A DNA stretch of 63,519 nucleotides, the filler included, from Choristocarpus tenellus KU-1152 (lineage: Eukaryota; Protista; Phaeophyceae), in NCBI GenBank assembly GCA_964200185.2. It is 11 parts of 11 records of this genome, joined end to end, with 100 filler letters (N's around TTAATTAATTAA, not from the genome) between each part and the next. Parts side by side here need not be neighbours in the genome. Positions count along the whole stretch, not along the records: positions 1 to 9,622 come from CAXNAD020003525.1; positions 9,723 to 12,884 come from CAXNAD020021860.1; 9 more parts are not named here. One strand, 5' to 3'. Each line of letters begins with the position of its first letter. Position 1 is the first letter of the stretch. The notes under the pieces are model-generated. The model did not search any database. It worked only from the letters and a program-made list of their open reading frames with translations, and was not told the DNA's origin. This document shows, in pieces, positions 1-12,547 of the stretch. A program made the position numbers and the translations under genes.

Positions 1-19
1 GGGAGGGGGCGGGGGGTTT

Positions 20-1088
20 TTGGCCGCTTCCTCCCGGGGAAATGGGGTCCCGGCAACCAACAAAGGGAGACCAACCCTCCCCCCCCCCCCCCCCCCCCCC
101 CCCCCCCGCTTCCCTCATACACCCGCGAAGATCATAGCAGACGATACATATCCGGACCTGACGCATCTAGTCCCAGACCAGAAACGCGTCATCCTCGTCT
201 CTGAGCGGCGCTCGGGAAGCCAAGCTGTTGGTCGGATTCTTAACGCCGACCCAAACGTGTTCTACATCGGTGATCCTTGCCGAATGGGGGGGGGTCCGGA
301 GGCACTAGCAGGCGCCCAGTGTGCAGCGATAGTGGCTCGGCTTGCCGCTTGCCAGCCGTCCATGGCTGATGTGAGAAATCTGTTCTCCTTCCCGTTCATC
401 GTCGAGAGGGTGAGAAGAGCAGTATAGAGAAAAATAATTTGTTTTTGTCGTTAGTTAGTTAGTTAGTTACGGATAGGAATCAGGGTTACGGGTGGGGCGT
501 GGAATGAAGAGGAACCATCACACCAATAGAAATAGTCTGTGCGGATGCGTTGGATCAGTAGGATATGTTCGCCGCCCTGCAGTATCCCGTCCCCGCTCAA
601 TAATAGTGCACGACTGAAGCATGTTCAGAGGACATGGATTAGAATGTACCAGCAAAATCACCTAACGTGCGGAAATATTTATATATATATATATATATAT
701 GTAGATCAACAGAGAGACTGCAGCGGATTCAGAGAGATGTGGAGAGTCCTTGTGAATCAGTATCGTAGTATCGACGGTTAGGGAGTGCCAACGCAGTTCC
801 ACTGCGTTGACAAGACAACGGCATTTTGAGGGTGGTCACATGCTATGTCAGTTTTGTTTCATTTTTTTCTACCGGCTTGAGACGAGCAAGAATCTTTTTT
901 CTTGGTAGGGTGTCACAAACTCTTGACAGTCACGAGTCCTGATAGTTGGGAGACAGAAGGTCAGAACTGATTGCTGTGAGTGAGTCTGCCCCAGCCTGCT
1001 CGCTTGAATGTTTACGTTAGGATGTGCTCTATATCGTGTAGTGGCACGTGAGGCACAGCTGGATATTACAAGCAACGTGCACTTCTTC

Positions 1089-1130
<42 letters not shown>

Positions 1131-1431
1131 CTCTTCTTCCCTAGAGTCGTGCCCTATCGGAATTTGAGGAGCTGCGTGAACAAGGTGGTGGCACACCCGA
1201 TGAGAACGATGAGCTTGTTCGAAGGTGGCTCGCTCGAGATTGCCGCCTAAGTAAGGCGGTGATCATCAAAGAAGTTCGCTTGTCTGAGGTGAGTGCATCG
1301 GTTCGCCATCTGTATCCAATTGGTGTTTCACAACAAGGAAGCATGTCTTGTGGTGGTGCAGACACAAGCAAACCCCTCCTTGATTTTTGTGTGTGCGTGT
1401 ATTTGTGTGTGCGTGTGCGTGTGTGCGTGTA

Positions 1432-1462
<31 letters not shown>

Positions 1463-1728
1463 CAAGTAAGGCAAAATCCTTCGACATTTTTTGAGTCCCA
1501 ACTCAGTAACTGCAGGTTAGTCTGGAGTGTTAAAGTGGTGGGGAGGGAGGAGGGGAAGTGTTGCAGCAAGAAAGTGGTTAAGGTTGAGCTTAGGTGGTGG
1601 TTGCTTGTGCTGATTCTACTTTAGGTCATGTGTGTGGTTTGTGGCGAGAATGTTGATGTGTTCACCTCTTTCGAGGGCAAACCTCCCCACATGTGTGTTT
1701 GGGTTAGGTTAGGGTTTAGGGTTAGGAC

Positions 1729-1759
<31 letters not shown>

Positions 1760-4700
1760 TGTGTGTGGAGGGAGTTGTTAGCTTGTCATAATGACCTAGT
1801 TGATTAAGCTCCAGTTACTTAAACGCCTACAAAGCTCTCCGAATTGATCATAAGCATTCAGTATTGGCCAGGAACAAGATACTCAATTTTTTTTTAGGGC
1901 TATATTTACGTACTATGAACTGTACTGCTCAAGCCCTGCTACTTTGTGTGGGGATGTGAAACTGTCAGAAGAGAGAGAGAAAAAAAAATGCAGGATATCA
2001 CCGATCCCAAACTGAACCAAGACATTTAAGAGGGTAGGAGTTTTGCCCTGTTTGTCCATTTGGGGCTTGACTTCCCACGGGTTTCTTACACCCTTTTACG
2101 GTTTTCTGTGTGAGCATTTCGTACTTTGGAGTATGTAGAATGTATAGGACTTTGAAAGGTGTTTCCGGAGCAAGGATATTGACACTTCTTAATAAACACG
2201 ATAGCCAAAATTCGTCCAAATCGCAACATTGGATTAATGACCCCAAAACGGATGTGACCCTGCCCTGTTGAATGCTTTGGCTCAACTCTAACCCTTATCT
2301 CACGGGTTTTTTTTTTCAATAATGGACCAGGATGCCTAGGTACAGGAAAGCTCTTAAGTTTTCCATCAATTTGGTCATTTCACCCCAACATTCTTGCAAA
2401 GAGCACACCGTCTCTTCATTTACACGTATCGTTATGCCACAGAGTTTGAATCAAACATTCAACCCGATTTTTTTTTCCTTTGAGGGGGGGGAGGGATTAT
2501 TAATTCAGGTGATTAAAATATAGATACTGCGCAAAACTGATTGAACACAGTCAATAATACTTTGCACAAATTATTGACTCTAAATGCTATTGTGCCTTGC
2601 TTGAGGTATGAATAGCAACCCCAAACTCACTGAGGGATTGTACAGTTGATAAAACGCTCCCGACAATGCTCGCCTTGCGCCTTGCCACCATGATGATGAA
2701 ATGAAACTATGCAGGCAGCCCAGAAATAACTCAGAACCTAGCAAGTCATCGTTTCTCAGCCTTGAAGCGCAAATAAAATATTGCTCAATTTGTGTCCAAC
2801 AATGGCCCTTATGCCATGTCAATACATACACTGTATTATATACTTGCCAAGGACGTAGTGCCCACTTGACGGGTGAGCACATCGGCATAACACATACACA
2901 GGCTTAATTATAATTAGTCCATCGGTGCAATATTTTTTGCTCTTTTTTTTGTTTCAGTACTGGTTCCCCACCACCCTCAGCGCAAAAAAATATATAAAAA
3001 AAACAAAATAATAATTTCGAAAAAAGAAAAAAAAGGTCCTCCATTGAGAGAGCAAGTCTCGAAGCTGAAGCTTTACCGACAGGCCACGCGATTACATACA
3101 GATCTCTTTTCAACCGTGTGCGGCCACATCGAAACACCTATCGCCGAACCCAGGAACAACAGCAACAACAACAACAACAATTCCCGCCCCCGATTCCCAC
3201 CCCAACACCCATGCTCATATTTTGCATCTCCAGATCCAGCCTTGGCTGTTGGGGAAAGACCTTGGTTTGCGATACCTCCATGTTGTTCGAGACCCCCGTG
3301 CTGTCCTCCATGCACTCTCCGAGTCTTGGCCAAAAAGTCACTCCCCAGACGAGAAATCCTGGCTTCAAGATTTCTCCAAACCAGCTAAGGGGTGAGATCA
3401 GCAAGGAGTCACGGAAAGGTTTCCAAGATTGATAGCGGCATGGATTTGGTGCAAAACCAAGAAATGAGCCTATGGGGTGGAGGCTGTGCTCTAGATAGGA
3501 GGCATTGAGCCAATAGGAAGCAATGGCCGTGTCTCTCTAGCCCTTCCTCTTACTCTAACCTTAACCTCTCGGTCTTAGCATCACACGAACAGCTCAGTGT
3601 GGTACTTTGGACCACATTCAGAAATAGACTTTGTGAGAGAATGTGGGAGAAGTTTGCCTCTGTGCTTAATGTTCAACCAATAAATGGTATACCATGGGTT
3701 AATGAATGTGCTCTCCTTCTGACTATAATGTTGGTTGATTGTTACATGCGCGCGTGTGTGTGTGTTTGTGTGTGTGCTTCTTTGTGTGTCTTGGTTGATT
3801 TGTTTCCACCTCTACTTTTTTTTAAATTATGAGATGAAGAGGTAGGCGGGAGAATCTTCCGTCAGCATTTACACTGCCTTTCCACCCTTGTCCTTGGACG
3901 AGGAACTGTGTAGGTGGAAAAGTGCATTGATCATCCTCATCCTCATCATCATAATGAGACTAACATTCCCAACAACACACCTTGCACACTGACATAAGAA
4001 ACGCTAAGGAGAACAGAAGTGCTACTGATCATACTTGAAATATCTGTGGAGTATAGCGTAGCCAAGTACCTCAACGGGAAAATGTCGAAGCATGAGACAT
4101 GATCGATCTTGCCAACTTATCTTGACTTAAACAACACCTCTATTTCCGATCCCTGGTGAAAAAGATCAGCGGGGTAGCCTGACCTAGTTTTTCTTGCCTA
4201 TATCGGAATCGGGTATGAGGAGCAGCAATTGCACCAGTGAAAGTTTCTTGTGTGCCAAATTTTAGCCAATAGGATGCACTTGTCTTGGTGTGAGGAGCAA
4301 CACTTCGGTCAATGAGATTGCTTATATGCCAAATTTCAGCCAATGAGTCAAAGTATCTTAGAGGGTAGAGCCACATCCATTTGGGGGCCAAAATCCGATG
4401 TTGATATTTTGATGTGGTTTTAGCTATTGTGTCTGTTAGGAAGTGTCGATATCCTTATTCCGGACACACCTTTTCATAATGTGTATGTTTTACTTACTCC
4501 AAACCATTTTGGATTAGGTTAAATGACATTAAAATCCACGGAAGGTCAAGCCCCAAATGGACAAACAGGGCAAAACTCGTACCCTCTAAGATACTTTCAC
4601 TCAATAGGATGCACTTGTCTTGGTATGAGGAGCAACATTTTTGTCAATGAGATTGCTTACACGCCAAATTTTGGCCATTGGGATGCACTTGTCTTGATGT

Positions 4701-4932
4701 GAGGAGCAACATTTCGTTCAATGAGATTGATTACATGCCAAATTTTAGCCAACACCACGTATTTTTCCTGGAACATCCTCATCCCCTGGCCCCCCTAAAT
4801 CTTGACCTCCTCTCCTCAATCCTTCACTACTGTTATTGTCCACTTTCACCCAGAATGTGCACATCAATGAGGTGGAAATTGGACCGGTTGTCCACCCTTG
4901 GTGGGGGACTGTTTCAAGTGGTAAAGTATGAA

Positions 4933-4964
<32 letters not shown>

Positions 4965-7900
4965 GGATGAAGTGAAAGGATGGGTGGATGGACAGGCACG
5001 TTATAGCCTTCATAGCATGCTTGAATGTGACATGGAGTATCATAGAATGAAGCATTAGGCAGAGTCAAGTCAGGATTTGCTTTATTTTTTTTAAGTTCTA
5101 CAGTTACATGTATGGACAATGATGGTATATGTGTAATCTACCTTTTGCTCTCTCTCTCTCTCTATCTCTCCACGCAAGTAAACAAACACCCATACAAACC
5201 CTTGTGAATCCTTACCCAGGTTTTGGCAAAACCAAAGCACATGATCGCCAGCATTTACAAATGGCTAGGGATTGGCAGTGTTCCCGAAGAGGTATGATCA
5301 TGAAGAAATTCACCAAGTTTTTTGTGACAATAAAGCCAGAGGAGATTGTCAAGACAAAGTACTTCTATTGACATATATTTTTTCAATTTCTGCATTGCCA
5401 ACATGTTGAGATATATCCCCGACAAACATTGCGTTCTTTTGAGGGTTGAAAAAATGGGATTACTACACCGGCTCTAACAGTCGCGCGATGATGAATACTT
5501 CCGCTGAATTTTGACGACCCGCGAGATAAACACCTTGGAAATTTCTGTACACCTTGGAAGAATGAATGGGGCACACTGGAATTTGAATTTCTTTTCCCAA
5601 GAGTTATCTTTCTGAATGGGAAAGGACTTGCATAACCCTTCCTGCAGTACGATATCACGGCTACTTTTTTTTTTTAATAAAAGAGTCGCTGTAAATATAC
5701 ATTTCCTAATTTCTTGTGCTGCTTTGCAGGACCAAGGTATAGCACCATTTCCAGCAGTAGGCAGACACGTACATAGGAGTCTTCATCGACGAGCAACCAA
5801 GGGGTTTCAAAGTGCGGTTTGTGTTCCCACAAAATCGTCTCGAGTTCCTGAGAGGAGAGCCGAAGTATCTTAGAAGGTAGAGCCACATCCATTTGGGGGC
5901 CAAAATCCTATGTTGCGATTTCGAGGTAATTTTGGTCATTGTGTTTGCTAGGAAGTGTCAACATCCATGTTCCGGACACACCATTTCACAGCATATACAC
6001 TTTACCTACTCCTAAGCATTTTGGGGTAGGAAAATGTCATTAAACAACCCATGAGAAGTCAAGCCCCAAATGGACAAACAGGGCAAAACTCGTACCCTCT
6101 AAGATACTTTCAATCATGATGCGACTCTAACTACTAAATGCCACAAAACCCAACGCTCATCCCACGGAGAATTGAATGGTTCATGCACTCCAGAAACATT
6201 GGGGCTCATGAGATGAGAGCAGTTGATACTATTCAGTTTCTTCAACCGATTGAGGTCTCTTTTAGTCAAACCTAACCAAGTCTCGTTTAAGGACTATCGT
6301 CACAGTAGTGGAGGTTTACTCTTAACATATATATATATATATATACACTGTATATATATATATATATCCGATTTTTCTGTTAACTATTGTGCCAATTATC
6401 AACAAGTACTATACAGGAAGTGAATATAATAACATACACATTGATAGCCCACCGATTTTTACAAACAAATTTCTGACACTTCCGGCTAATATTTTATCAT
6501 TATTTTTTCATGCGTTTTGTGCCCTAGTATTTTTATTTTATTATTATGCCCTCCAACACTTTTCCAGACGTTTAAGGGAAAAAAAAACCCGGTGAAAACT
6601 ATTCACATGTCTGAAAAATCCCTGAAGAAGTAAAAGTTGTCACAAAAGTAAAAAATGTTAAATCTATTTCCTATTTCCTATTTTACTATCCATGTTGTAC
6701 TACTACTACTGCCTTCCTGTGTCTCAAACCTATTCCTCCAACTCAAGCTGAGGACCTAGGGAAGCATCCCAAGAGTCTAACAAACCCCTCCTTGCCCGTC
6801 TCTCTGGTGACTCCAGCTTAAGACGCACGACCCGTCTAGATAGGGCTGCTTGCATTGTGACTGACACTATCTGGCGTAGATGTGATTTGACGGCACCTTT
6901 TCTACTATAGCCTCCCATTCCTCTCCCCCCTACCGTGTGTGTAGCCAGCTCATCTTAGAGGGTAGACCCGTGTCCATTTGGGAACCAAAGTCCAATGTTG
7001 CCATTCTGATGTAATTTTGGCTATCATGTTTGTTAGGAAGTGTCAATATGTATGGATATATATATATATATATATCCTTGTTCCAGACCCACCTTTTCAT
7101 AACGTGTACATTTCACCTATTCCGAAATATTTTTATATTTTTCAAAACGTCGCAAAACCCCCTGAGGGAATTCAAGCACCAAATGGACAATCAGGGCAAA
7201 CCTCGTACCCTAACCCTAAGATGCTTTCACTCGTTCCGCTTGCTTGCCGAGGCGCCCAAAACTTTCCACCGCTAAGGTGTTGAGGTTACAACTAGGTTAC
7301 AACTACGAGGGTCTAAAGAGCCCTCATAGTGGGTGCGCTTTTGCACCTCAGCTGCAGTTTATGTTATTATTATGCCCTCGCCACATCAGACTAGATTCAA
7401 TTTCTTTTTCTTTTCTTGGCAGTTTCAAAAAAGAGATGTAGAATAGAGTGATGGAAGAATGGGACTCTATCGGTTCCACACCTGATCTATTTCTGTTGTT
7501 TGTGGAAATGATTGCTCCTACTGCTTTTTTCTTTTCCTTTTCCTTTTTTTTTTCTGAGGAAGTTTTTGGAAGCATTAGGAGGATAGTTTTTTAATTCTAC
7601 GTTATATTTGAATGGGAGGATTAGAGTAATGGCTACATAGCTTGTTACAAAATGGGATTGAAATATCGAGAATGAGATAGGAGGGGCCCACTACGAAGAG
7701 GTCAGTGATGGTGGACTTGCTGCAGTGTCAGACAAGTGCCAGATCAAGGTATACCCTACATGTCTACTAATGATTATGTGATACTACTAATATTAATGCT
7801 AATACAAATGCTAATATTTTGTACTAATACTAATAATAGCAAAAATACTATTGAAGTATACTTGAAGAAGTATGAATGTGTGGAAAGACAATCAGCACAG

Positions 7901-8385
7901 GAAGTGATGGAATGCAAAACATCATGTGATTGTTTTGTGGAAATATCTGCAGTGTTCGCTGTTGTTACATTCTTATTTGCATCGCCGTCACTATTATCAC
8001 TGCCCATATTCTTGCACTTAGTATTACTACGACTAACTCCTATTGATACTACAATCGCTATTATCAACACCATGAAACAGGCATTAAATCACATCATCGA
8101 CAAAACTCTCATCCCCTGAACCCTTCTTGCCGCTACATGCACCCTAACCCTAAAATCACTATTAACCTGACTTAACCCTAACCCTGAACAGGTTGACCGT
8201 GAGATAACGGGTGAGACCAGCACCAATCAAACAGATCAAGATGATTCTGTCGACCAATCGCAAGAGGCGGAAGGCACACTACCTGCTTCAAAGGGAGCCC
8301 TCCGGCAGGGGCCACTAGCTGCCGTAACACAAGTGGGGGGCAATGCTGGGTTGGCACAGGGCAGGACATCAGAGGCCTTCGAATG
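20..8385 (+). CDS. Carbohydrate sulfotransferase, CHST/GlcNAc-6-O-ST-like; partial. Exons <20-409, 1145-1288, 3234-3391, 4854-4935, 5220-5291, 8192-8385
   Basis: Phase-consistent GT-AG splicing gives RVILVSERRSGSQAVGRILNADPNVFYIGDP (5'-PSB), CRLSKAVIIKEVRL, LRYLHVVRDPRAV (3'-PB), MCTSM..FQVVKYEMVLAKP..IYKWLGI. This is the motif order of Golgi CHST enzymes. A Pro-rich stem precedes it; both ends are missing. Confidence 0.88.
1388..1462. repeat. (GT)n microsatellite, one of many (CT)n/(GT)n/(TA)n tracts in introns
   Basis: Seen directly in the sequence. Confidence 0.9.
2014..2283 (-). mobile_element. MITE family A (~260 bp), diverged copy, AACT target duplication
   Basis: Reverse-complement match to 4345-4602; both flanks read aact. 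Confidence 0.8.
4254..4752. repeat. 74-bp tandem repeat, ~3.2 units, split by a MITE
   Basis: gccaaattt..aatgagattg unit starts at 4254, 4328, 4663, 4737. Confidence 0.9.
4345..4602 (+). mobile_element. MITE family A, full copy, 23-bp TIR GAGT(C/G)AAAGTATCTTAGAGGGTA, AAT target duplication
   Basis: TIRs are visible. It sits in a 74-bp tandem unit whose spacing (335 = 74+258+3) shows a 3-bp net duplication. Confidence 0.92.
5857..6115 (+). mobile_element. MITE family A copy
   Basis: Same TIRs and internal sequence; flanks agga/atga. Confidence 0.9.
6536..6954 (-). mobile_element. 3' fragment of the same CRE-like family
   Basis: GGYSRKGAVKSHLRQIVSVTMQAALSRRV..RRGLLDSW plus the 3' UTR, homologous to 13945-14355. 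Confidence 0.82.
6950..7232 (+). mobile_element. MITE family A copy, left end clipped, internal (TA)n
   Basis: tcttagagggta..gtccatttggg..caaatggacaa..ctttcactc. Confidence 0.85.
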
Positions 8386-8538
8386 GTAAGTAGCTAAATA
8401 GAGGGGGGTCAACGCAGATCGTTTGCAGTCCTGTTTTCAAGGTGTGGCTTGTTTGGCTTTTGGTGCAATGACGTTGTTCGAAGTAAATTTGTTTGGGAGT
8501 CTTGTTGCGGGGTTTATGGGCTTGATTTTTTTATTTTT

Positions 8539-8787
8539 TAGAGGGTAGAGCAGCGTCCATTTGGCGGCCAAAATCCGACGTTGCGATTTTAATGTAATTT
8601 CGGCTATCGTTTTTGTTAGGAAGTGTCAATTATCCTTGTTCGGACACACCTTTTCATAACGTACACATTTCACCTCATCTGAACCATTTGGAGTAGGATA
8701 ATGTCTTCACGAAAAAAACCCCATGGGAAGCCAAGCCCCACACGGACAAACAGTTAAAAACTCGTACCCTCTAAGATACGTTCACTC
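8539..8787 (+). mobile_element. MITE family A copy, left TIR truncated
   Basis: Internal match to the family; right TIR taccctctaagatacgttcactc. Confidence 0.85.
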
Positions 8788-9411
8788 TATTTTCTCACTG
8801 GATTTGAAAGAGTTCCAGTTTTATACCAGGGAGTTGCTGGTGTGACAGATAGGTAGTACACCATGCCATCAGAAAGATAAGAATTGAGCAAAGCGTGGGG
8901 TAGAGTCAGGTCCGAGCTCATAGGGTACCCCTGCCTGCAAAGTAAATGCATCTCTGTCAGGCCCAATGTTACACACACACACACAAGCAAACACTCCCCT
9001 GGTAGAGACACTTTGGGGGTTTTTTTATCTCGTGCCCCCCCATGCCCTCAACAGCATCTTTGCTTAATGCTGTTGTTGTTCTTGGTGTACCCTATTGGTT
9101 GTACCCTGTTGGTTGTACCCTATTGGTTCATCCTTTTGTCGTTGCGCTTTTTTTTTCATCCTCTGTCTTTCACGTCTTCACTTCAGGGCATCGATTAGCC
9201 CGGAAAAAAAGAAAAGAAAAGAAAAGAAAAGAAAAGAAAAGAGGTAGGAGTAGGACCCGTGTATCCCACGTCTCTGCCATCACAAACCGCAATAAGGTAT
9301 CTCAAGCGAGTCGGTGAGATGGGCTCCTCCTGTGTTTTCTCGGGTTGAGAAATTAGGGTTAGGGTTAGATCAAGAAAAAAGGGAGGGGGTCTGGAAGGGA
9401 TGTAGATTGAC

Positions 9412-9609
9412 GGCTCAAAGTATCTGGGGGGGTGGGGTGGGCGGGGGGGGGGGGGGGGTTCTACGCCAGGGTGTCCATTTGGGTCCTGCACATGAAAGGT
9501 TCACTTGCATTATCGAACACATGCAACTGAATCACCCATAAACTGTGATATGGAAAAATGGGCCCCAAATGGACAGCCGGCACCCCCCCCCCCCCAGATG
9601 CTTTGAGGC
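9412..9609 (+). mobile_element. MITE family B (~190 bp; GGCTCAAAGTATCT + poly-G ... poly-C + AGATACTTTGAGCC)
   Basis: Inverted ends, internal gtccatttggg/cccaaatggac pair; homologous to 27439-27622. Confidence 0.85.
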
Positions 9610-9622
9610 CAACACCCATTGG

Positions 9623-9722
9623 NNNNNNNNNNNNNNNNNNNNNNNNNNNNNNNNNNNNNNNNNNNNTTAATTAATTAANNNNNNNNNNNNNNNNNNNNNN
9701 NNNNNNNNNNNNNNNNNNNNNN
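9623..9722. other. Artificial contig linker N44-TTAATTAATTAA-N44. Repeated at 12885-12984, 20626-20725, 23722-23821, 26945-27044, 36011-36110, 40748-40847, 43636-43735, 48392-48491, 60067-60166
   Basis: Identical 100-bp structure with stops in all six frames; genes are truncated at the linkers. Confidence 0.97.
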
Positions 9723-9744
9723 CCCCCCCCAGATACTTTGACCC

Positions 9745-10099
9745 TTTAGGTGGGAAAAAAAACTCCCCACCCTTTCTTCCTATGTGTTCGTGCACCCACT
9801 CTTTGACCTCGGCAAGGATGTCCTCGTCGACACCCAGAACGAAACGCCTCTCGTAGCACTCTTGCTCCGACACCTTGATGTGACCCTTAGTTAGGAAGTC
9901 TCTCTCCCATTTACTCACAGTTTCCGACTTGACCATTGCATATCCCTCTCCAATCTCGAGCATCGTTTGATGGTCTTTTCCGTCATTCATACACACGTAC
10001 AGGATTCGTAGTGTTAGAGCATTTATTATCACATTTCCTTGTTGAGCGCTGGAAATGGGCGCCGTCTGTGTTTCTTGGGATATTTTATCAAGGCACAAG
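9745..10099 (-). pseudogene. Degenerate DNA-transposase-like N-terminal fragment
   Basis: ETVSKWERDFLTKGHIKVSEQ.CYER.FVL..DEDILAEVKEWV..RKG resembles the HTH region of a eukaryotic IS630/Tc1-like family (recalled, not searched). Flanked by an LTR and a MITE. Confidence 0.4.
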
Positions 10100-10521
10100 T
10101 GTTACAGGCGAATAGCGCGAGTATTTCTTCCCGTGCATTAACCAGCGCGAGCAGTATACACATAGGGGGAACCCCAAAAGGGGGAACTCCGATTTGCCTA
10201 AAAGTTGCAGAATAATCTGCAACTCGGGTAGTTGCCAAGGGTTCTCCGATATATATTCCAGTATTTGTAAACCTGAATAAGCCCCAAGCGATAAATGATG
10301 ATTAGAGTTCCTAAAAACGGCTCAAAACGGCTCAGTTCTTCTGACCCAAGAAAGGCCCAACGCTTTCACTCTCTTTCTGATATCGAAAATTATACATATT
10401 TCTTACGCTGATTGATTCATTTGAGAGTACCCCTGTTCTGCTGAGTTGATGTTCGTTAATCTGTGAATTGGACTTGACTTGTACACCCTGTGGAGGTGAG
10501 CATCGAGGGGCGCCTGTAACA
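10100..10521 (-). mobile_element. Solo LTR (422 bp; TGTTACAGGCG...CGCCTGTAACA), CAAG target duplication
   Basis: TG..CA ends, 11-bp inverted termini, exact 4-bp TSD. A second copy lies at 12548-12860, and the same 5' end recurs at 63113. Confidence 0.8.
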
Positions 10522-11892
10522 CAAGGGCGAGGGAGGACAGACTTGAGTTGATCGAAAATTGTGTTTCTCGAATGAATGCAGACTGGGAGAAAGTCTTAAT
10601 CGACTTTATACGTCCAACCCCAAGTCCAGGAACAAAAGTGAATGTACGGCATCTTACAAGAAGTGAAGACACCAAACCACCCGTGTGCAAATAGTCTCAA
10701 TCTCACCTCCTTTTCTTCCCTGGTGCCCACGTCGGTGGCTACCTCCACCTGCTTCGCGACCTCTTCTAAGTAAAGGATTTGGTGGTATCAAAAAGTCTCT
10801 ACAACTGCCTTTGTTACGATCGCTTTCTCCTCGGCCTTGCAAGCCCTTTCGACCTTATTTCGGGCTTCAGAGCCCTTGTAGCCCAATCCTAACACCTTCT
10901 TTCTCATTTCCTTAAGCGAATATGGCTAGGACAGCTTACAGATAGCCAGGGCCTGCTGCAACTGTTGACTACAAAGACATTCTACACCCGGGATTTTCGC
11001 TCAGGCGTTTCCTGAGCACAATGGCATGCAGTCGCACTGCTCTCTTCCCTAACCTTCCCTTTGGGCGGCCACCTCGGTTCTCCCTTGGACTGCTGTGACC
11101 AGGCTTCCCACAAACTTCGTCACTGTACCACCTGGTAATGGACTTGCCGTTCTCTTCCTGCTTTCCTGAGGCAGCAGAGACTGCAGAGCAGTGCTCCGAC
11201 GTGGTCGAAGATCCAACCACGTTTGTGTGTTAATGCTTTCAATGCCTCTTCTCTCAGCGTCAGCGTTGCAGCCCTGTGATCCATTTCGCGATTTGATTAT
11301 GCTGCTACGCCACACTACTTGCACTTTCTCTTCACCTAGAATCGCACTGAGTGTCACACGGTACTTGCTTTTCCGTCATTTCTCGACAGAGAAGGTGCCG
11401 AGGGTAGATCCAGGGGGCAGAGTGGCCTCGGCGGCTGTCCTTGTCTCACCGTTGTGGTTTATGTTGCTGTGTAAGTCGCGTGTGTGTGTGCTCACAAAAA
11501 GTCTGAAAAGGCGTTAAAGAGATGTGCGGAAGTGTTTTTTTTTTCTCAGTATCACCACACCAGCCAAACTTGGGCAGTGGCTTATCCATACCAGGTGTAT
11601 TCAAGGAGGTCGGCCAACCACTTCATTTTTGTCCGTTTTGAAGTCGTGACCTTCAAAATTGCGCCGGAGGTGTTCCCCTGCATTTTGCCATTATTTGATC
11701 GGGGCATAGCTCCTGCTCCCTGAAGCCTGGACATTCGTGCATACAAACCTCCAAAAGTTCTTGTCATACATGTTCATTTGATATATGCAATCTTGTATAA
11801 CTGTTGTGGCGTTTTGGTAAAAAAAACAAGATTGCCACAGAGGATAAAGCTAATAGTACCACCTTACTACCCTTATCATTTTGTCATATATA

Positions 11893-12547
11893 ATATAACC
11901 TCAACACCTTTATCGTAGAAAGTTTTGACGACCTTGGGAAGCAAGCAGAAAGTTTTGTGGAATATGTATGACATCATTTTCCTCATTCCCCAATACCATT
12001 TTATTATTATGCCCTCTGACATTTTGAAGATGTGAGAGGGGGAAAACTAATGAAAACTATTCACATGTCTGAAAATCCCTGAAGGTGTAACAGTTTAACA
12101 AAAAACAGTATGTTCGTGAGATCAGGAACGGATTATGAGATAAGAAATTAGAAATATCTCGAAACTATCCTGCAGGCCGCCGATCAATTTCAGTGTGAAA
12201 GCTTTCAAATGGCCAGATTAAGAAAGCATATCTCACTCCACAAGTTGTCAAGTAACAGCTTACAAATTTTGGCTCTTTGAAAGCCTTTTCACAAAAATAT
12301 CGATGAGCTCTCCCTCTGGTTGTGTTCGCAAGCTTTCACTCCAAAAAACCGACGACTTCAAGAATCTGGCCATTTGAAAACTTTCACACTGAAATTGATC
12401 GGCGGCCTGCAGGATAGTTTCGAGATATTTCTCATTTCTTATCTCGTAGTCCGTTCCTGATCTCACGAACATACTGTTAAAAGTCAAAAACGTCGATCTG
12501 TTTCCTATTTAAATACTACATATCTATGTTGTACTACTGCCTTCCTG
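11893..12547. mobile_element. CRE-like fragments: 11893-11961 (+) and 3' UTR 11998-12547 (-), carrying nested insertions
   Basis: aacctcaacacc..aagcaagcaga and ttattatgccctc..gaaaactattcacatgtctgaaa matches to other copies. Confidence 0.75.
12104..12478. mobile_element. Foldback/non-autonomous DNA element, ~115-bp TIRs, AAAA target duplication
   Basis: 12104-12219 is the near-perfect reverse complement of 12363-12478. Host sequence is continuous when compared with the empty site at ~6635-6660. Confidence 0.88.

Noticed and set aside
3598-3697. Alternative CHST exon (VVLWTTFRNRLCERMW..)
   Set aside because: The acceptor is phase-compatible, but exon 4854-4935 supplies the expected C..VKYE motif and joins correctly to the next exon.
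9667-9678. TTAATTAATTAA as a biological motif, and ORFs running into N tracts
   Set aside because: Assembly linker artefact.
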